Source of the DNA: Paraprevotella sp.
GTDB lineage: Bacteria; Bacteroidota; Bacteroidia; Bacteroidales; Bacteroidaceae
Length of the DNA stretch: 64,000 nucleotides
Reading direction: 5' to 3'
NCBI GenBank assembly: GCA_045634965.1
Contig: JAZRBH010000006.1
Location: 128,886-192,885 of the forward strand
This document shows, piece by piece, positions 47,796 to 57,192 of this stretch (position 1 is its first letter; each line of letters starts with the position of its first letter). Position numbers and translations under genes: made by a program. A model generated the notes under the pieces. The model did not search any database and had not been told where the DNA came from. It was given only the letters and a program-made list of their open reading frames with translations.

Positions 47796-50609
47796 ATGAG
47801 CAAATACATACAGATAAAGGGAGCCAAAGTCAATAATCTGAAGAATATTGATTTGGAGATTCCTCGCAACAAACTGATAGTCATCACAGGACTTTCGGGA
47901 TCGGGCAAGTCGTCATTGGCTTTCGACACCCTATATGCCGAAGGTCAACGCAGATATGTAGAGAGCCTGTCGGCATACGCCCGACAGTTCCTCGGTCGTA
48001 TGAGCAAACCCGAATGTGATTATATCAAAGGTATACCGCCCGCCATTGCCATTGAACAAAAGGTGAGCAGTAGGAATCCACGTTCCACCGTCGGCACCTC
48101 TACCGAGATATATGAATACCTACGACTTTTATATGCACGCATCGGAAGGACATTTTCCCCCATCAGCGGACAGGAGGTAAAGAAACACTCCACCGAGGAC
48201 ATTGTGCAATGTATGCTCTCCTACTCCCATGGCACCCGTTTCACCGTTCTTGCCCCTCTGCACATCCATGAAGGGCGCACACTGGCACAACAAATAGACA
48301 GCCATTTCAAACAAGGGTTCTCACGCATTGAGGTAAACGGTGATATTGTACGCATAGAAGACTTCATGCAGGAACTGGAGCAACATCCTGACATCAACAC
48401 CACCTCTCACTCCATCCATCTGCTCATCGACCGAATGAGCTGCGACGACGGTAAAGATACCATCTCACGTCTGGTCGATTCAGCCGAGACAGCTTTTTAT
48501 GAAGGGAATGGTGAGTGCATCCTGCGATTCTACCCGTCCGGCATTACGCATACTTTCTCCATGAGTTTTGAGGCAGACGGCATCACATTTGAAGAGCCCA
48601 CCGACAATTTGTTTTCTTTCAACTCCCCTATTGGCGCCTGCCCGATGTGCGAAGGATTTGGAAAGGTCATGGGTATTGATGAAAAACTGGTCATCCCCAA
48701 CTCCGCACTCAGCGTATACGATGGCGCTGTCATCTGTTGGAGAGGAGAGAAAATGAGCGAATGGAAAAATGAGTTCTGTCGCAGGGCGATTAAATACAAC
48801 TTCCCTATATTTGAACCTTACTACCAACTGACACAGGAACAGAAGGATTTGTTGTGGCATGGACCGCAAGACGGCACATCCCCCAAAGAAGAGGTCAGCA
48901 TCGACCGTTTCTTTAAGATGTTGGAGGAGAACCAATATAAGATACAATACCGTGTCATGTTGGCACGCTACAGGGGCAAGACCATTTGTCCAAAATGTCA
49001 TGGCACCCGACTGCGTCCCGAAGCGGGATATGTAAAGATTGGAGGGCGCTCCATTTCCGACTTGGTAGACATCTCTATTGTAGAGCTCAAACGTTTCTTT
49101 GAACATCTGCAACTCACGGAACATGAATCACAAATAGCCAAACGACTATTGACAGAAATCAACAACCGTCTGAACTTCCTGTTAGACGTAGGATTAGGAT
49201 ACCTCACACTGAACCGTTTGAGCAACACCTTGTCAGGTGGCGAAAGCCAACGCATCAATCTTGCCACATCATTGGGTAGCAGTCTGGTCGGCTCACTATA
49301 CATCCTGGACGAACCGAGCATCGGACTGCACAGCAGGGATACGGACAAGTTGATACACGTGCTCAGACAATTACAGGAATTGGGCAACACCGTCATTATT
49401 GTCGAGCATGACGAAGAAATCATCCGCGCAGCAGACTACATCATCGACATCGGTCCGAAAGCCGGAAGGTTAGGCGGTACAGTCGTTTTTGAAGGTGATT
49501 TAAAGCAAATGCTGGATGAGAAACCGCAAGAAACAGAAAGCTATACAGTAAAATACCTGACAGGACAGGAACAGATACCGTGCCCTGCAAGTCATCGTCC
49601 ATGGAACAATTACATCTTGGTGAAAGGCGCCAGAGCCAACAATCTTCGAGGTATTGACGTCCGGTTCCCGCTCAACGTAATGACGGTGGTCACCGGTGTG
49701 AGCGGTTCGGGAAAATCCACATTGGTGCGCGACATCTTCTATCGTGCCATGAAACGCAACTTTGACGAAGTGACTGACCGCCCCGGAGAATTTATCGCCC
49801 TTGAAGGAGATTTGCACATGGTCCGCAACATTGAATTTGTCGACCAGAACCCCATCGGCAAATCTACACGTAGCAATCCTGTCACCTATGTCAAGGCATA
49901 CGATGAAATCAGACGTTTGTTTGCCGCACAACCCCTTGCTCAACAAATGGGATTCACCGCAGGACATTTCTCTTTCAACACAGAAGGCGGAAGATGTGAA
50001 GAATGTAAGGGTGAAGGCACCGTTACCGTTGAAATGCAATTCATGGCCGACCTCGTACTGGAATGTGAGTCATGCCACGGCAAACGGTTCAAGAACGACA
50101 TCCTTGAAGTGAAGTATGAAGGACAAAACATCTACGATGTATTGAACATGACTGTCAATCAAGCCATTGAATTCTTTGAACTCCACCAACAACAAAAGAT
50201 AGTAAAGAAATTACGTCCGCTTCAGGATGTAGGATTGGGTTATATCAAATTAGGTCAATCATCCAGCACATTGTCAGGCGGAGAAAATCAACGTGTCAAG
50301 CTGGCTTACTATATAGGAATGGAGAGCACGGAACCCACCATCTTCATTTTTGACGAACCGACCACCGGTCTGCATTTTCACGACATCAAGCGTTTGCTTG
50401 TTGCATTCGATGCCTTGATAGAGCGCGGACACACACTCATCATCATTGAGCACAATATGGATGTCATCAAATGCGCCGACCATATCATAGACCTCGGACC
50501 GGAGGGAGGCGAACAAGGAGGTAACCTCGTCATCTGCGGAACACCGGAAGAAGTGGCATCATGCGCATCAAGTCACACCGGAAGGTTCCTGAAAGAAAAG
50601 TTACCATAA
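47796..50609 (+). CDS. uvrA: Excinuclease ABC subunit A
   Basis: [14 protein letters not shown], two ABC domains ([16 protein letters not shown]), zinc fingers CPMCEG, CPKCHG, CEECKG. Confidence 0.97.
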   Translation: MSKYIQIKGAKVNNLKNIDLEIPRNKLIVITGLSGSGKSSLAFDTLYAEGQRRYVESLSAYARQFLGRMSKPECDYIKGIPPAIAIEQKVSSRNPRSTVGTSTEIYEYLRLLYARIGRTFSPISGQEVKKHSTEDIVQCMLSYSHGTRFTVLAPLHIHEGRTLAQQIDSHFKQGFSRIEVNGDIVRIEDFMQELEQHPDINTTSHSIHLLIDRMSCDDGKDTISRLVDSAETAFYEGNGECILRFYPSGITHTFSMSFEADGITFEEPTDNLFSFNSPIGACPMCEGFGKVMGIDEKLVIPNSALSVYDGAVICWRGEKMSEWKNEFCRRAIKYNFPIFEPYYQLTQEQKDLLWHGPQDGTSPKEEVSIDRFFKMLEENQYKIQYRVMLARYRGKTICPKCHGTRLRPEAGYVKIGGRSISDLVDISIVELKRFFEHLQLTEHESQIAKRLLTEINNRLNFLLDVGLGYLTLNRLSNTLSGGESQRINLATSLGSSLVGSLYILDEPSIGLHSRDTDKLIHVLRQLQELGNTVIIVEHDEEIIRAADYIIDIGPKAGRLGGTVVFEGDLKQMLDEKPQETESYTVKYLTGQEQIPCPASHRPWNNYILVKGARANNLRGIDVRFPLNVMTVVTGVSGSGKSTLVRDIFYRAMKRNFDEVTDRPGEFIALEGDLHMVRNIEFVDQNPIGKSTRSNPVTYVKAYDEIRRLFAAQPLAQQMGFTAGHFSFNTEGGRCEECKGEGTVTVEMQFMADLVLECESCHGKRFKNDILEVKYEGQNIYDVLNMTVNQAIEFFELHQQQKIVKKLRPLQDVGLGYIKLGQSSSTLSGGENQRVKLAYYIGMESTEPTIFIFDEPTTGLHFHDIKRLLVAFDALIERGHTLIIIEHNMDVIKCADHIIDLGPEGGEQGGNLVICGTPEEVASCASSHTGRFLKEKLP

Positions 50610-50634
50610 AAACTCTCACATAGAACTAACGAAA

Positions 50635-50660
50635 AAGGAGTGTTCCGCGGAACACTCCTT
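50635..50660. terminator. Bidirectional terminator between uvrA and secG
   Basis: Perfect 26-bp palindrome aaggagtgttccgcggaacactcctt. Confidence 0.8.
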
Positions 50661-50687
50661 ATATTTTCTACAAACACCCGTTTCCTA

Positions 50688-51050
50688 TTATTGAGCCGGA
50701 GTTTCTGCTTGTGGCAGAGTCGGAGCAGCTTGCGGTGTTTGATTGGTGCCGAATCCCGGCAAGTTGTTTGCATTGGTTGCTTGTTGTTCTGTAGCGATGT
50801 TCATCATCGCAGAACCTTCAACTTTAGCAGAAGGGATAAAATATACAGACATGATGCTCAGCACCACGATAGCTGCAGCCAATCCCCAAGTAATCTTTTC
50901 AATCACATCAGTTGTTTTGCGAACACCCATGATTTGATTGGAAGCAGAGAAGCTAGATGCCAAACCTCCACCTTTAGACTCCTGAATCATCACGATCAAG
51001 CACATCAGAACGGCAAGAACAACGACGAGAATAACTAATAATGTGTACAT
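50688..51050 (-). CDS. secG: Preprotein translocase subunit SecG
   Basis: Two TM helices, IQESKGGGLASSF, GVRKTTDVIEKITW. Confidence 0.93.
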   Translation of the reverse strand: MYTLLVILVVVLAVLMCLIVMIQESKGGGLASSFSASNQIMGVRKTTDVIEKITWGLAAAIVVLSIMSVYFIPSAKVEGSAMMNIATEQQATNANNLPGFGTNQTPQAAPTLPQAETPAQ

Positions 51051-51052
51051 TT

Positions 51053-51790
51053 TTATGAGTTTTTATTTTTATTGTTTATGATCAATTTTTCCAAGAAACG
51101 GATTTGGTCTGCAAAGTAACGATTTTTTTTTGGATATTTCAAACTTAATCTCCTTATAATTTCCAAAGCCTTGGTATATCTGCCCTGTTTGATATAGATT
51201 TTCGCCAATGTTTCAGTGAAATAGTCTTCGTTGCTTTCGATATCTTCCTCCGTCAAATCAGGTGTTTGCAATTGTCCCTCCGGTTGGTCGGACAACACGA
51301 TACGTTTATCTCCCTGATTGATATAGCTGTCTATCAAATCCTGATATTCCAAAGTAGGCACGGAATCTATCCTGTCAGGAGCATCCTCTGTCTGCAACAA
51401 ATAGCCCATATAATCCACCGACGCATCAATCTTATTCATGCGCTTGGGTTTCTCCTGCGGAATAGAAGACAAGAAAGTATCTATCAAAGACCCTGTACGG
51501 TCATCGTCATCCTCCTTCACCCTTTTGGGTTGGTGCTTCTTATAAGGTTCCAAACGATAGTTCTCACCTTCCGTCAACATGAACAAAGCCTTACGGTCGC
51601 TCAGGTAAAAAGAAGCCTTCCGCAACTCCTTATCAAAAGCCGCATCATGCAACTGATACAAATTGCGCAAGTAAAGCAGACGAGCAGTTTGGAAATAAGG
51701 ATATTCCGCCACCAACTTACGTAAGTATGGCAACGAATCATTATCCAAACGATCGGGATGCTTTATGTATTCAGACAAACTTATATTCAT
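51053..51790 (-). CDS. Conserved Bacteroidetes TPR-containing protein
   Basis: YPYFQTARLLYL, FTETLAKIYIKQGRY.KALEI..L.LKYPKK..YFADQI. Confidence 0.82.
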   Translation of the reverse strand: MNISLSEYIKHPDRLDNDSLPYLRKLVAEYPYFQTARLLYLRNLYQLHDAAFDKELRKASFYLSDRKALFMLTEGENYRLEPYKKHQPKRVKEDDDDRTGSLIDTFLSSIPQEKPKRMNKIDASVDYMGYLLQTEDAPDRIDSVPTLEYQDLIDSYINQGDKRIVLSDQPEGQLQTPDLTEEDIESNEDYFTETLAKIYIKQGRYTKALEIIRRLSLKYPKKNRYFADQIRFLEKLIINNKNKNS

Positions 51791-51808
51791 GTTCGTAAAA
51801 AGATAAAC

Positions 51809-52348
51809 TTACCAATTGGCCACCGTCGCATTAAATATCTGGTCTACAATATCCTTCACCATCTGTGTCACCAATTCTTCCTGCACGGCATTCAACTGCA
51901 ATGAAGAATCATACTGCGTGGTTGCACTGAAACGCTGTTCAAAATCCTCATCATGGTTCTGATTGTTCACAAAGCGCACATTCACCGTCATCTTCAACTG
52001 CGTCTGCGCAGAATATCCGTCTGCCGCCACCGACTTGTTGAATTGGTTATACTCCACTATCTCACCGGATATCTGCAAGTCACCATTGCGGTTCACCTGC
52101 TTCAATTTTGTTTGGCGCGCAAAGATATCCGTCAGCTGATTGTTAAAGATGGCCTGCATCGGTCCCCATACATAAGCCGAACGGATAGGAAACTGCGCAA
52201 TCTGTATGGTTTTGGTTTTGGTATAGTCGATAGACGCCCCATTGAACTTATAGGTAATACTGCAAGCCGCCAACACCATGGTAAATGCGACCAGACATAA
52301 GCCATACAAAAAACGGTTCTTATTCATCATATTCTTTATCCAAACCAT
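51809..52348 (-). CDS. lptE: LptE-family lipoprotein
   Basis: Lipobox LAAC + SITYKFNGASIDY, GDLQISGEI; position next to the bEBP and secG. Confidence 0.8.
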   Translation of the reverse strand: MVWIKNMMNKNRFLYGLCLVAFTMVLAACSITYKFNGASIDYTKTKTIQIAQFPIRSAYVWGPMQAIFNNQLTDIFARQTKLKQVNRNGDLQISGEIVEYNQFNKSVAADGYSAQTQLKMTVNVRFVNNQNHDEDFEQRFSATTQYDSSLQLNAVQEELVTQMVKDIVDQIFNATVANW

Positions 52349-53558
52349 ATTCCTTTATTTTGCGGTACAATGTTCGCTCTGAAATTTTCAAATCATGAGC
52401 TGCCGACTTGCGTTTCCCATGATTCTTCTCCAATGCCTTGATGATCATCTGACGCTCCCAATCTTCCAACGACAAAGACTCCTCGACATACTCTTCCGGC
52501 GTTTGGAAATCATCCTCACTTTTGGCAGTTCGTTCTGCAGGATAAGACACATCTTGACGATAATAAGTGATGGGATTGTCTTGCGTAGTCGGGTGTAGCG
52601 AAACACCTTTCACTTCCGCACCTGTTCGTTGCCCCTGCATCTGTTTCTTCAGCTCCATCACGTCGTTTCTCAAATCGAACAAGATCTTATACAAAATCTC
52701 ACGCTCGTTTTCAAAGCTATGTGTTTCTTGCTGTTTCTTCAACGGGACAATATCATGAGACACCAATGTGTCGGGCACATAGTCATCCAACACCTCCGGT
52801 GTGATGACACGCTCCGGCGAAAGGATAGAGATTTGTTCTGTCAGGTTCTTGAGTTGGCGCACATTGCCCGGCCAAGGATATTTCTTCAATCGCATCTGCG
52901 CTGCTTCTGTCAGTTCCACCGGCTCAGGCATATTATATTTTTCAGCTGTATCCATGGCGAACTTTTTGAACAGCAACACCACATCATCCCCCCTCTCACG
53001 CAAAGCCGGCATTTTAATAGGGATGGTGTTCAGTCGGTAGAACAGGTCCTCACGGAAACGACCGTCGCGAATGGCTTTCGCCATATTCACATTCGTTGCC
53101 GCCACGATACGCACATCTGTCTTTCTGACTTCGCTGGAGCCCACACGGATATACTCTCCTGTTTCCAACACACGCAACAAACGTGCTTGTGTCGCCAACG
53201 GCAACTCACCCACTTCATCCAAGAAAAGCGTTCCGCCATTGGCAGCTCCGAAATAACCTTCACGCTCTCCCACCGCACCGGTAAACGCTCCTTTCTCATG
53301 ACCGAACAATTCTGAATCGATTGTGCCCTCCGGAATAGAACCGCAGTTTACGGCAAAGTATTTTTTACTCTTTCGCAAACTATTGTCATGGATGATGCGT
53401 GGTATCGCCTCCTTTCCCACTCCGCTTTCACCGGTAATGAGAACCGACAAATCGGTCTTTGCCACTTGCAAAGCGACATTCACGGCATGATTCACCCCCT
53501 CGGAGTTTCCCACGATACCATATCTTCTTTTTTGTGCTTGAACTTCTGATAAATTCAT
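52320..53558 (-). CDS. Sigma-54-interacting Fis-family regulator (bEBP, no N-terminal sensor)
   Basis: GESGVGKE, ELFGHEKGAFTGA, FLDEVGE, FREDLFYRL, WPGNVRQL, C-terminal HTH. Confidence 0.93.
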   Translation of the reverse strand: MNLSEVQAQKRRYGIVGNSEGVNHAVNVALQVAKTDLSVLITGESGVGKEAIPRIIHDNSLRKSKKYFAVNCGSIPEGTIDSELFGHEKGAFTGAVGEREGYFGAANGGTLFLDEVGELPLATQARLLRVLETGEYIRVGSSEVRKTDVRIVAATNVNMAKAIRDGRFREDLFYRLNTIPIKMPALRERGDDVVLLFKKFAMDTAEKYNMPEPVELTEAAQMRLKKYPWPGNVRQLKNLTEQISILSPERVITPEVLDDYVPDTLVSHDIVPLKKQQETHSFENEREILYKILFDLRNDVMELKKQMQGQRTGAEVKGVSLHPTTQDNPITYYRQDVSYPAERTAKSEDDFQTPEEYVEESLSLEDWERQMIIKALEKNHGKRKSAAHDLKISERTLYRKIKEYGLDKEYDE

Positions 53559-53583
53559 AGATACTTAAAAACAAGATTGCGGG

Positions 53584-53591
53584 CAAAATTA
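53584..53591 (-). promoter_or_regulatory. -7 promoter box for the bEBP-lptE-secG operon
   Basis: TAATTTTG on minus, 25 bp upstream of the ATG at 53558. Confidence 0.6.
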
Positions 53592-53649
53592 CATAAAAGC
53601 AATGGAATAATCAACGAAAACGAAAGAATAATATAATAAGGTATAAGAC

Positions 53650-53753
53650 CGTAAACATAAAATAATTAAGGAAAATTAAAAAAAATGAAGTTTTACCAAA
53701 CAAGGGCAAAAAGGACAAGGCTTTTTCAATTTTTTTAGTATATTTTTGTAACG
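53650..53753 (+). repeat. Repeat A copy 1 (about 104 bp, carries -7 box TATTTTTG at 53741-53748)
   Basis: cgtaaacataaaataattaagg...gtatatttttgtaacg, near-identical to 55976-56078. Confidence 0.95.
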
Positions 53754-53775
53754 AGCGAACTAAAAACAAAAGAGT

Positions 53776-53961
53776 ATGTATTTAGAAAATTTAAAAGCTA
53801 TTATTGATATGGCATACTGTATTTATCGCATGAAAAATGAAGGCGAAGCATAAAAAAAAGTGATGGAACTTATCAAGGCTTGTTTGCCTACATCTCAAAA
53901 TATTGATTATATTTTTAAAACTCCGTTTTTTGCTGTAACACTCAGTAAGATAGTGCGATGA
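53776..53961 (+). pseudogene. Small ORF split by an in-frame TAA
   Basis: MYLENLKAIIDMAYCIYRMKNEGEA*KKVMELIKACLPTSQ...; TAA at 53851-53853, same frame continues to TGA at 53959-53961. Confidence 0.4.
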
Positions 53962-54057
53962 CGGTTTAATAATTATTATTTCATTAACAAAGAATCATAG
54001 ATGGAATTTTATACGCACTAATTTAATTTCATCAATTGGTTATAAAAAATTACTTAT

Positions 54058-54456
54058 ATGGCTAAGCAATTATGGCATGACATCAGATGGGAAGATAAAC
54101 ATCTGTATTCCAATGTTACTTCTACTAATTATGGTGACCCAGTGCGAGCGTTATATCAAGTTGAACCCGATGGACGACCAAGCCGAAGAGATTTAACAAA
54201 GGCAGGATTGGAACATTTTGGGTATGAAGACGAAGATAAAGAGGAAGCGCTTGAGGCAGAGCGTGAAGCAAAACGCGAACAAGAAAGAGAACGAAAAAGA
54301 GAACGAAAAGAAGCAGAGCGTGAAGCGAAGCGCGAACGAGAGAAGGAAAAAGAAAAGGATGGTTGCTGTCCGTCTTCTAGTCTTTCAAATAGCATATGCA
54401 ATTCTATAATAGATAGCATTCCTGGTTTACGTTGCATAATTGATTGTTGTTGGTAA
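54058..54456 (+). CDS. Hypothetical protein with an E/R/K helical repeat and Cys-rich C-terminus
   Basis: 132-aa ORF, AT-rich leader, followed by a terminator. Confidence 0.7.
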   Translation: MAKQLWHDIRWEDKHLYSNVTSTNYGDPVRALYQVEPDGRPSRRDLTKAGLEHFGYEDEDKEEALEAEREAKREQERERKRERKEAEREAKREREKEKEKDGCCPSSSLSNSICNSIIDSIPGLRCIIDCCW

Positions 54457-54472
54457 AAATAATTTAACAAAT

Positions 54473-54502
54473 AATCGGGATAAAAATTTGTCCCGATTTT
54501 TT
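54473..54502 (+). terminator. Terminator hairpin
   Basis: aatcgggat / gtcccgatt followed by a T-run. Confidence 0.7.
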
Positions 54503-54504
54503 CT

Positions 54505-55374
54505 ATGTTCAAAATAGGACTATTTTTCATAAAATTGATTTCATATACACCATTCTTTGTTTTACGGGGTATATCTTCTTGTTTGGCACTAATTCTTTTG
54601 TTAATGCCATCCACAAAGAAAGTTCCATATCGCAATTTCTTTAGAGTGTACTATAAACATCCGAAGAAGGAGCTTGACAAGATGACATATAGATATTTCC
54701 AATCATTTATAGACTATTTCTTTGAAATGGCTAAAATGACAAGTTTTAGTAAGAAAAAAATGAAACGTCATTGTGTGTTCAAGAATTTGGAAGTTTTAGA
54801 GAAATTGTCGCAAAACCATCAATTTATTCTTTGTTATAGTGGTCATATTGTTAACTTTGAAATGTTAACATCACTTCCTCTACATACTAAAGATATCGGA
54901 ATGTGTCATTTATATCTCTCTGCGCCTCATACTGAAGGGCTCTCTTGGTTGTTAAAGGAAAGAGGGAAGTATGGTGCAATAAATATTCCTTCAAAAAGTC
55001 CTATTAGACCATTACTAAAAATTAAGGAAGAAATGGATATGGGTAAGAGCCCTTACAAATGTTTTGTTTTTGGTTCTCTTTCTGATATGGACCCTAAAAA
55101 AGACGACCTACACTCCGTGCCATTTCTTGAGCACACATTAGAAGTAAAAACAGGTGCTGAAAAAATTGGAAGAAGATTTAAAATGGCGTTTTGTTATGCA
55201 AATATCAGAATGCCCAAAAGAGGTTATTATGAAGTTTCTTTTGAAGAATTAATTCCAAGGAAAAATCCAGATTTATATGAATTTGCATATACAGATGAAT
55301 TTGTAAGTAAATTAGAAGAAAACATAAAACAGCAACCTGAAATATGGATGCAGTGGGGAAGTTGCCGTTTTTAA
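54505..55374 (+). CDS. Divergent lipid A acyltransferase (LpxL/HtrB-like lysophospholipid acyltransferase)
   Basis: N-terminal anchor, YRNF..Y, DYFFEM.K, SGHIVNFE (HxxNxE), RGYYEVSF, LEENIKQQPE.W. Confidence 0.78.
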   Translation: MFKIGLFFIKLISYTPFFVLRGISSCLALILLLMPSTKKVPYRNFFRVYYKHPKKELDKMTYRYFQSFIDYFFEMAKMTSFSKKKMKRHCVFKNLEVLEKLSQNHQFILCYSGHIVNFEMLTSLPLHTKDIGMCHLYLSAPHTEGLSWLLKERGKYGAINIPSKSPIRPLLKIKEEMDMGKSPYKCFVFGSLSDMDPKKDDLHSVPFLEHTLEVKTGAEKIGRRFKMAFCYANIRMPKRGYYEVSFEELIPRKNPDLYEFAYTDEFVSKLEENIKQQPEIWMQWGSCRF

Positions 55375-55457
55375 AGAGGTTTATTAAGTTGTTACAATAA
55401 CGTATATGTATAATCTATTAAAGATATTTTATATATAATGTAATTAAATTCCTGAAT

Positions 55458-55745
55458 ATGTCCTACTACACATTTGAAGCATGCAGAGTATCCGGTGACG
55501 GCAATGCCATATTTCCCGCAGAGATTATCATTGATGATGAAGAGGAAGTCCTGATTTATCGGAAACCGAAACTCATTGGAGCCAAAGAAACAAGGGTGAA
55601 ATTTGGTGCCATTGGTAGTATAACAGTGGACAAACATATCCTTTTTGCAGATATCATCATTGAAACAAAGGGAGGAAGGGAGATTGTGGCACAAGGATTC
55701 ACCCGAGAAGATGCTGATAGAATCAAGCAGATTATCGGAGGATAA
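55458..55745 (+). CDS. Small bacterial PH-domain-like protein
   Basis: Beta-rich, RKPKLIG..ETRVKF..I.SITVD..ILFADIIIET.GG pattern with a C-terminal helix. Confidence 0.6.
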   Translation: MSYYTFEACRVSGDGNAIFPAEIIIDDEEEVLIYRKPKLIGAKETRVKFGAIGSITVDKHILFADIIIETKGGREIVAQGFTREDADRIKQIIGG

Positions 55746-55799
55746 ACAAGAAATATGAGTAGAAAAACATTTGAATAGTTTTCATTTGTCCAAAAACGC

Positions 55800-55968
55800 A
55801 ATAAAAAGTTGCTCCAAAAATGAATTTTTCGCCTTTTGTGACTATATTATATAGGTATTTTAAAAACGAAAAGTATGAAAAAACTGTTTTCTGACATGGA
55901 CGGAGTGCTTGTTGATTTCCATAGCGGTATCGACAAGTTGAGTGACGAAACAAAGCAAGAATACGAGG
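55800..55968 (+). repeat. Repeat B copy 1 (75-bp noncoding leader plus the first 31 codons of NT5C)
   Basis: Matches 59833-60005. Confidence 0.95.
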
Positions 55969-55991
55969 ACAAGGTCGTAAACATAAAATAA
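55875..55991 (+). pseudogene. Truncated NT5C 5'(3')-deoxyribonucleotidase fragment fused to repeat A
   Basis: MKKLFSDMDGVLVDFHSGIDKLSDETKQEYE, then DKVVNIK* read into repeat A. Confidence 0.9.
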
Positions 55992-56078
55992 TTAAGGAAT
56001 TTTAAAAAAATGAAGTTTTACCAAACAAGGGCAAAAAGGACAAGGCTTTTTCATTTTTTTTAGTATATTTTTGTAGCG
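55976..56078 (+). repeat. Repeat A copy 2 (-7 box TATTTTTG at 56066-56073)
   Basis: About 5 differences from copy 1. Confidence 0.95.
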
Positions 56079-56121
56079 TGGGACTTTTCGGATATACAGA
56101 ATAAATAATTTAAAATATAAT

Positions 56122-57174
56122 ATGATTATGAAATTTAGAAGTGTGTTTTACGCAGCTATAGCGGCTTTGCTAATTATTAGTTGCGGTGATAGCAAGCAAG
56201 TCAAAGGCCTAACAGAAGGTGCTTCTGGCGATATGGAAGCCTATGAGAATAGCGATGTGAATGCTATAGAGCAGGCACGTCCGTCAATAATGGTTATTCC
56301 TGGTGATCAGACATTAAAAAACTTTAAGTGTTTAGAGACTCAAAATGTAAATGGTCGCAGTTACACCATACGTGACTATAACAAATATCTGTTGGAGGAC
56401 GACCGTGCGAAACGGATAATTTCCACTATCCAAAATGAATTCAACGAAAAAGGATTCCCTCTTAACGATTTTGAACAGACATTGAAACAACTTGACACTC
56501 AGGAGGCTCTTGATATGGCCGATGGTTTTGGAAAGGATGCAAAGACAATGTTGCTTACAACTGCTCAACCAGATATAATTCTGGATTTGACATATACAAC
56601 CAGTCGTGACAAGGGAATTTCGCTGATTGGTCATAGTTATGGCAATCATAGAGGCGAACAAAACGTTAGTTATACTTTGAGTGCACTGGATGCCTATACT
56701 AACAAAGTGGTGGCAACCATGACTGCAAGTAATATTAAAGGTGTATCAACGACAGAGACTATCCAGAATGACATAAAGGAACAGATGCCTAAGTTCCAAC
56801 AGAATATTACAGACTATTTTAGCGACATCCTAACCCGAGGTCGTGATATTACTATTCGAGTTGTGATGGAAGATGGGTGTGTTTTGTCTCTTTCAGATGA
56901 AAGCATCGAGGGTGACACTTATGCCGATTGGATTATCGATTACATCAAGGCTCACACCGTGAAAGGTGCTTACAAGCTGCAGCGCAATACAGATAAGGAA
57001 CTTTATTTCGTCAATTGCCGAATCAAACTTCTTAACGAAGATGGCACGCAATATGGTGTTTATGATTGGGCTCGTGATTTGCAGAAGAATTTGCGGAAGA
57101 ACCTTGGTCTGAAGTGTAAAAACAGGGCACAAGGTCTTGGCGAAGTCATAATAAGCATCGAAGGTATTAATTAA
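56122..57174 (+). CDS. DUF6175-like lipoprotein
   Basis: Lipobox IISC21; RPSIMVIP, GFPLNDFEQTLK, QPDIILDL, LDAYTNKVVA recognised from DUF6175 proteins. Confidence 0.7.
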   Translation: MIMKFRSVFYAAIAALLIISCGDSKQVKGLTEGASGDMEAYENSDVNAIEQARPSIMVIPGDQTLKNFKCLETQNVNGRSYTIRDYNKYLLEDDRAKRIISTIQNEFNEKGFPLNDFEQTLKQLDTQEALDMADGFGKDAKTMLLTTAQPDIILDLTYTTSRDKGISLIGHSYGNHRGEQNVSYTLSALDAYTNKVVATMTASNIKGVSTTETIQNDIKEQMPKFQQNITDYFSDILTRGRDITIRVVMEDGCVLSLSDESIEGDTYADWIIDYIKAHTVKGAYKLQRNTDKELYFVNCRIKLLNEDGTQYGVYDWARDLQKNLRKNLGLKCKNRAQGLGEVIISIEGIN

Positions 57175-57192
57175 TCATAAAAATAATCGGTT

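Noticed and set aside
52629-53315. Other long antisense ORFs (also 12193-12738, 33206-33781, 48480-49124, 54156-54635, 59897-60388)
   Set aside because: Each shadows a clearly identified gene on the other strand and has no independent motif or promoter.
55837-55860. Reverse complement of the B core (aatacctatataatatagtc) resembles the candidate operator at 29844
   Set aside because: It needs a 3-nt gap and both are very AT-rich, so chance is the likeliest explanation.
53650-56078. Repeat A as a classical integron attC
   Set aside because: No RYYYAAC/GTTRRRY boxes in the right orientation, it precedes rather than follows ORFs, and there is no intI in the window.
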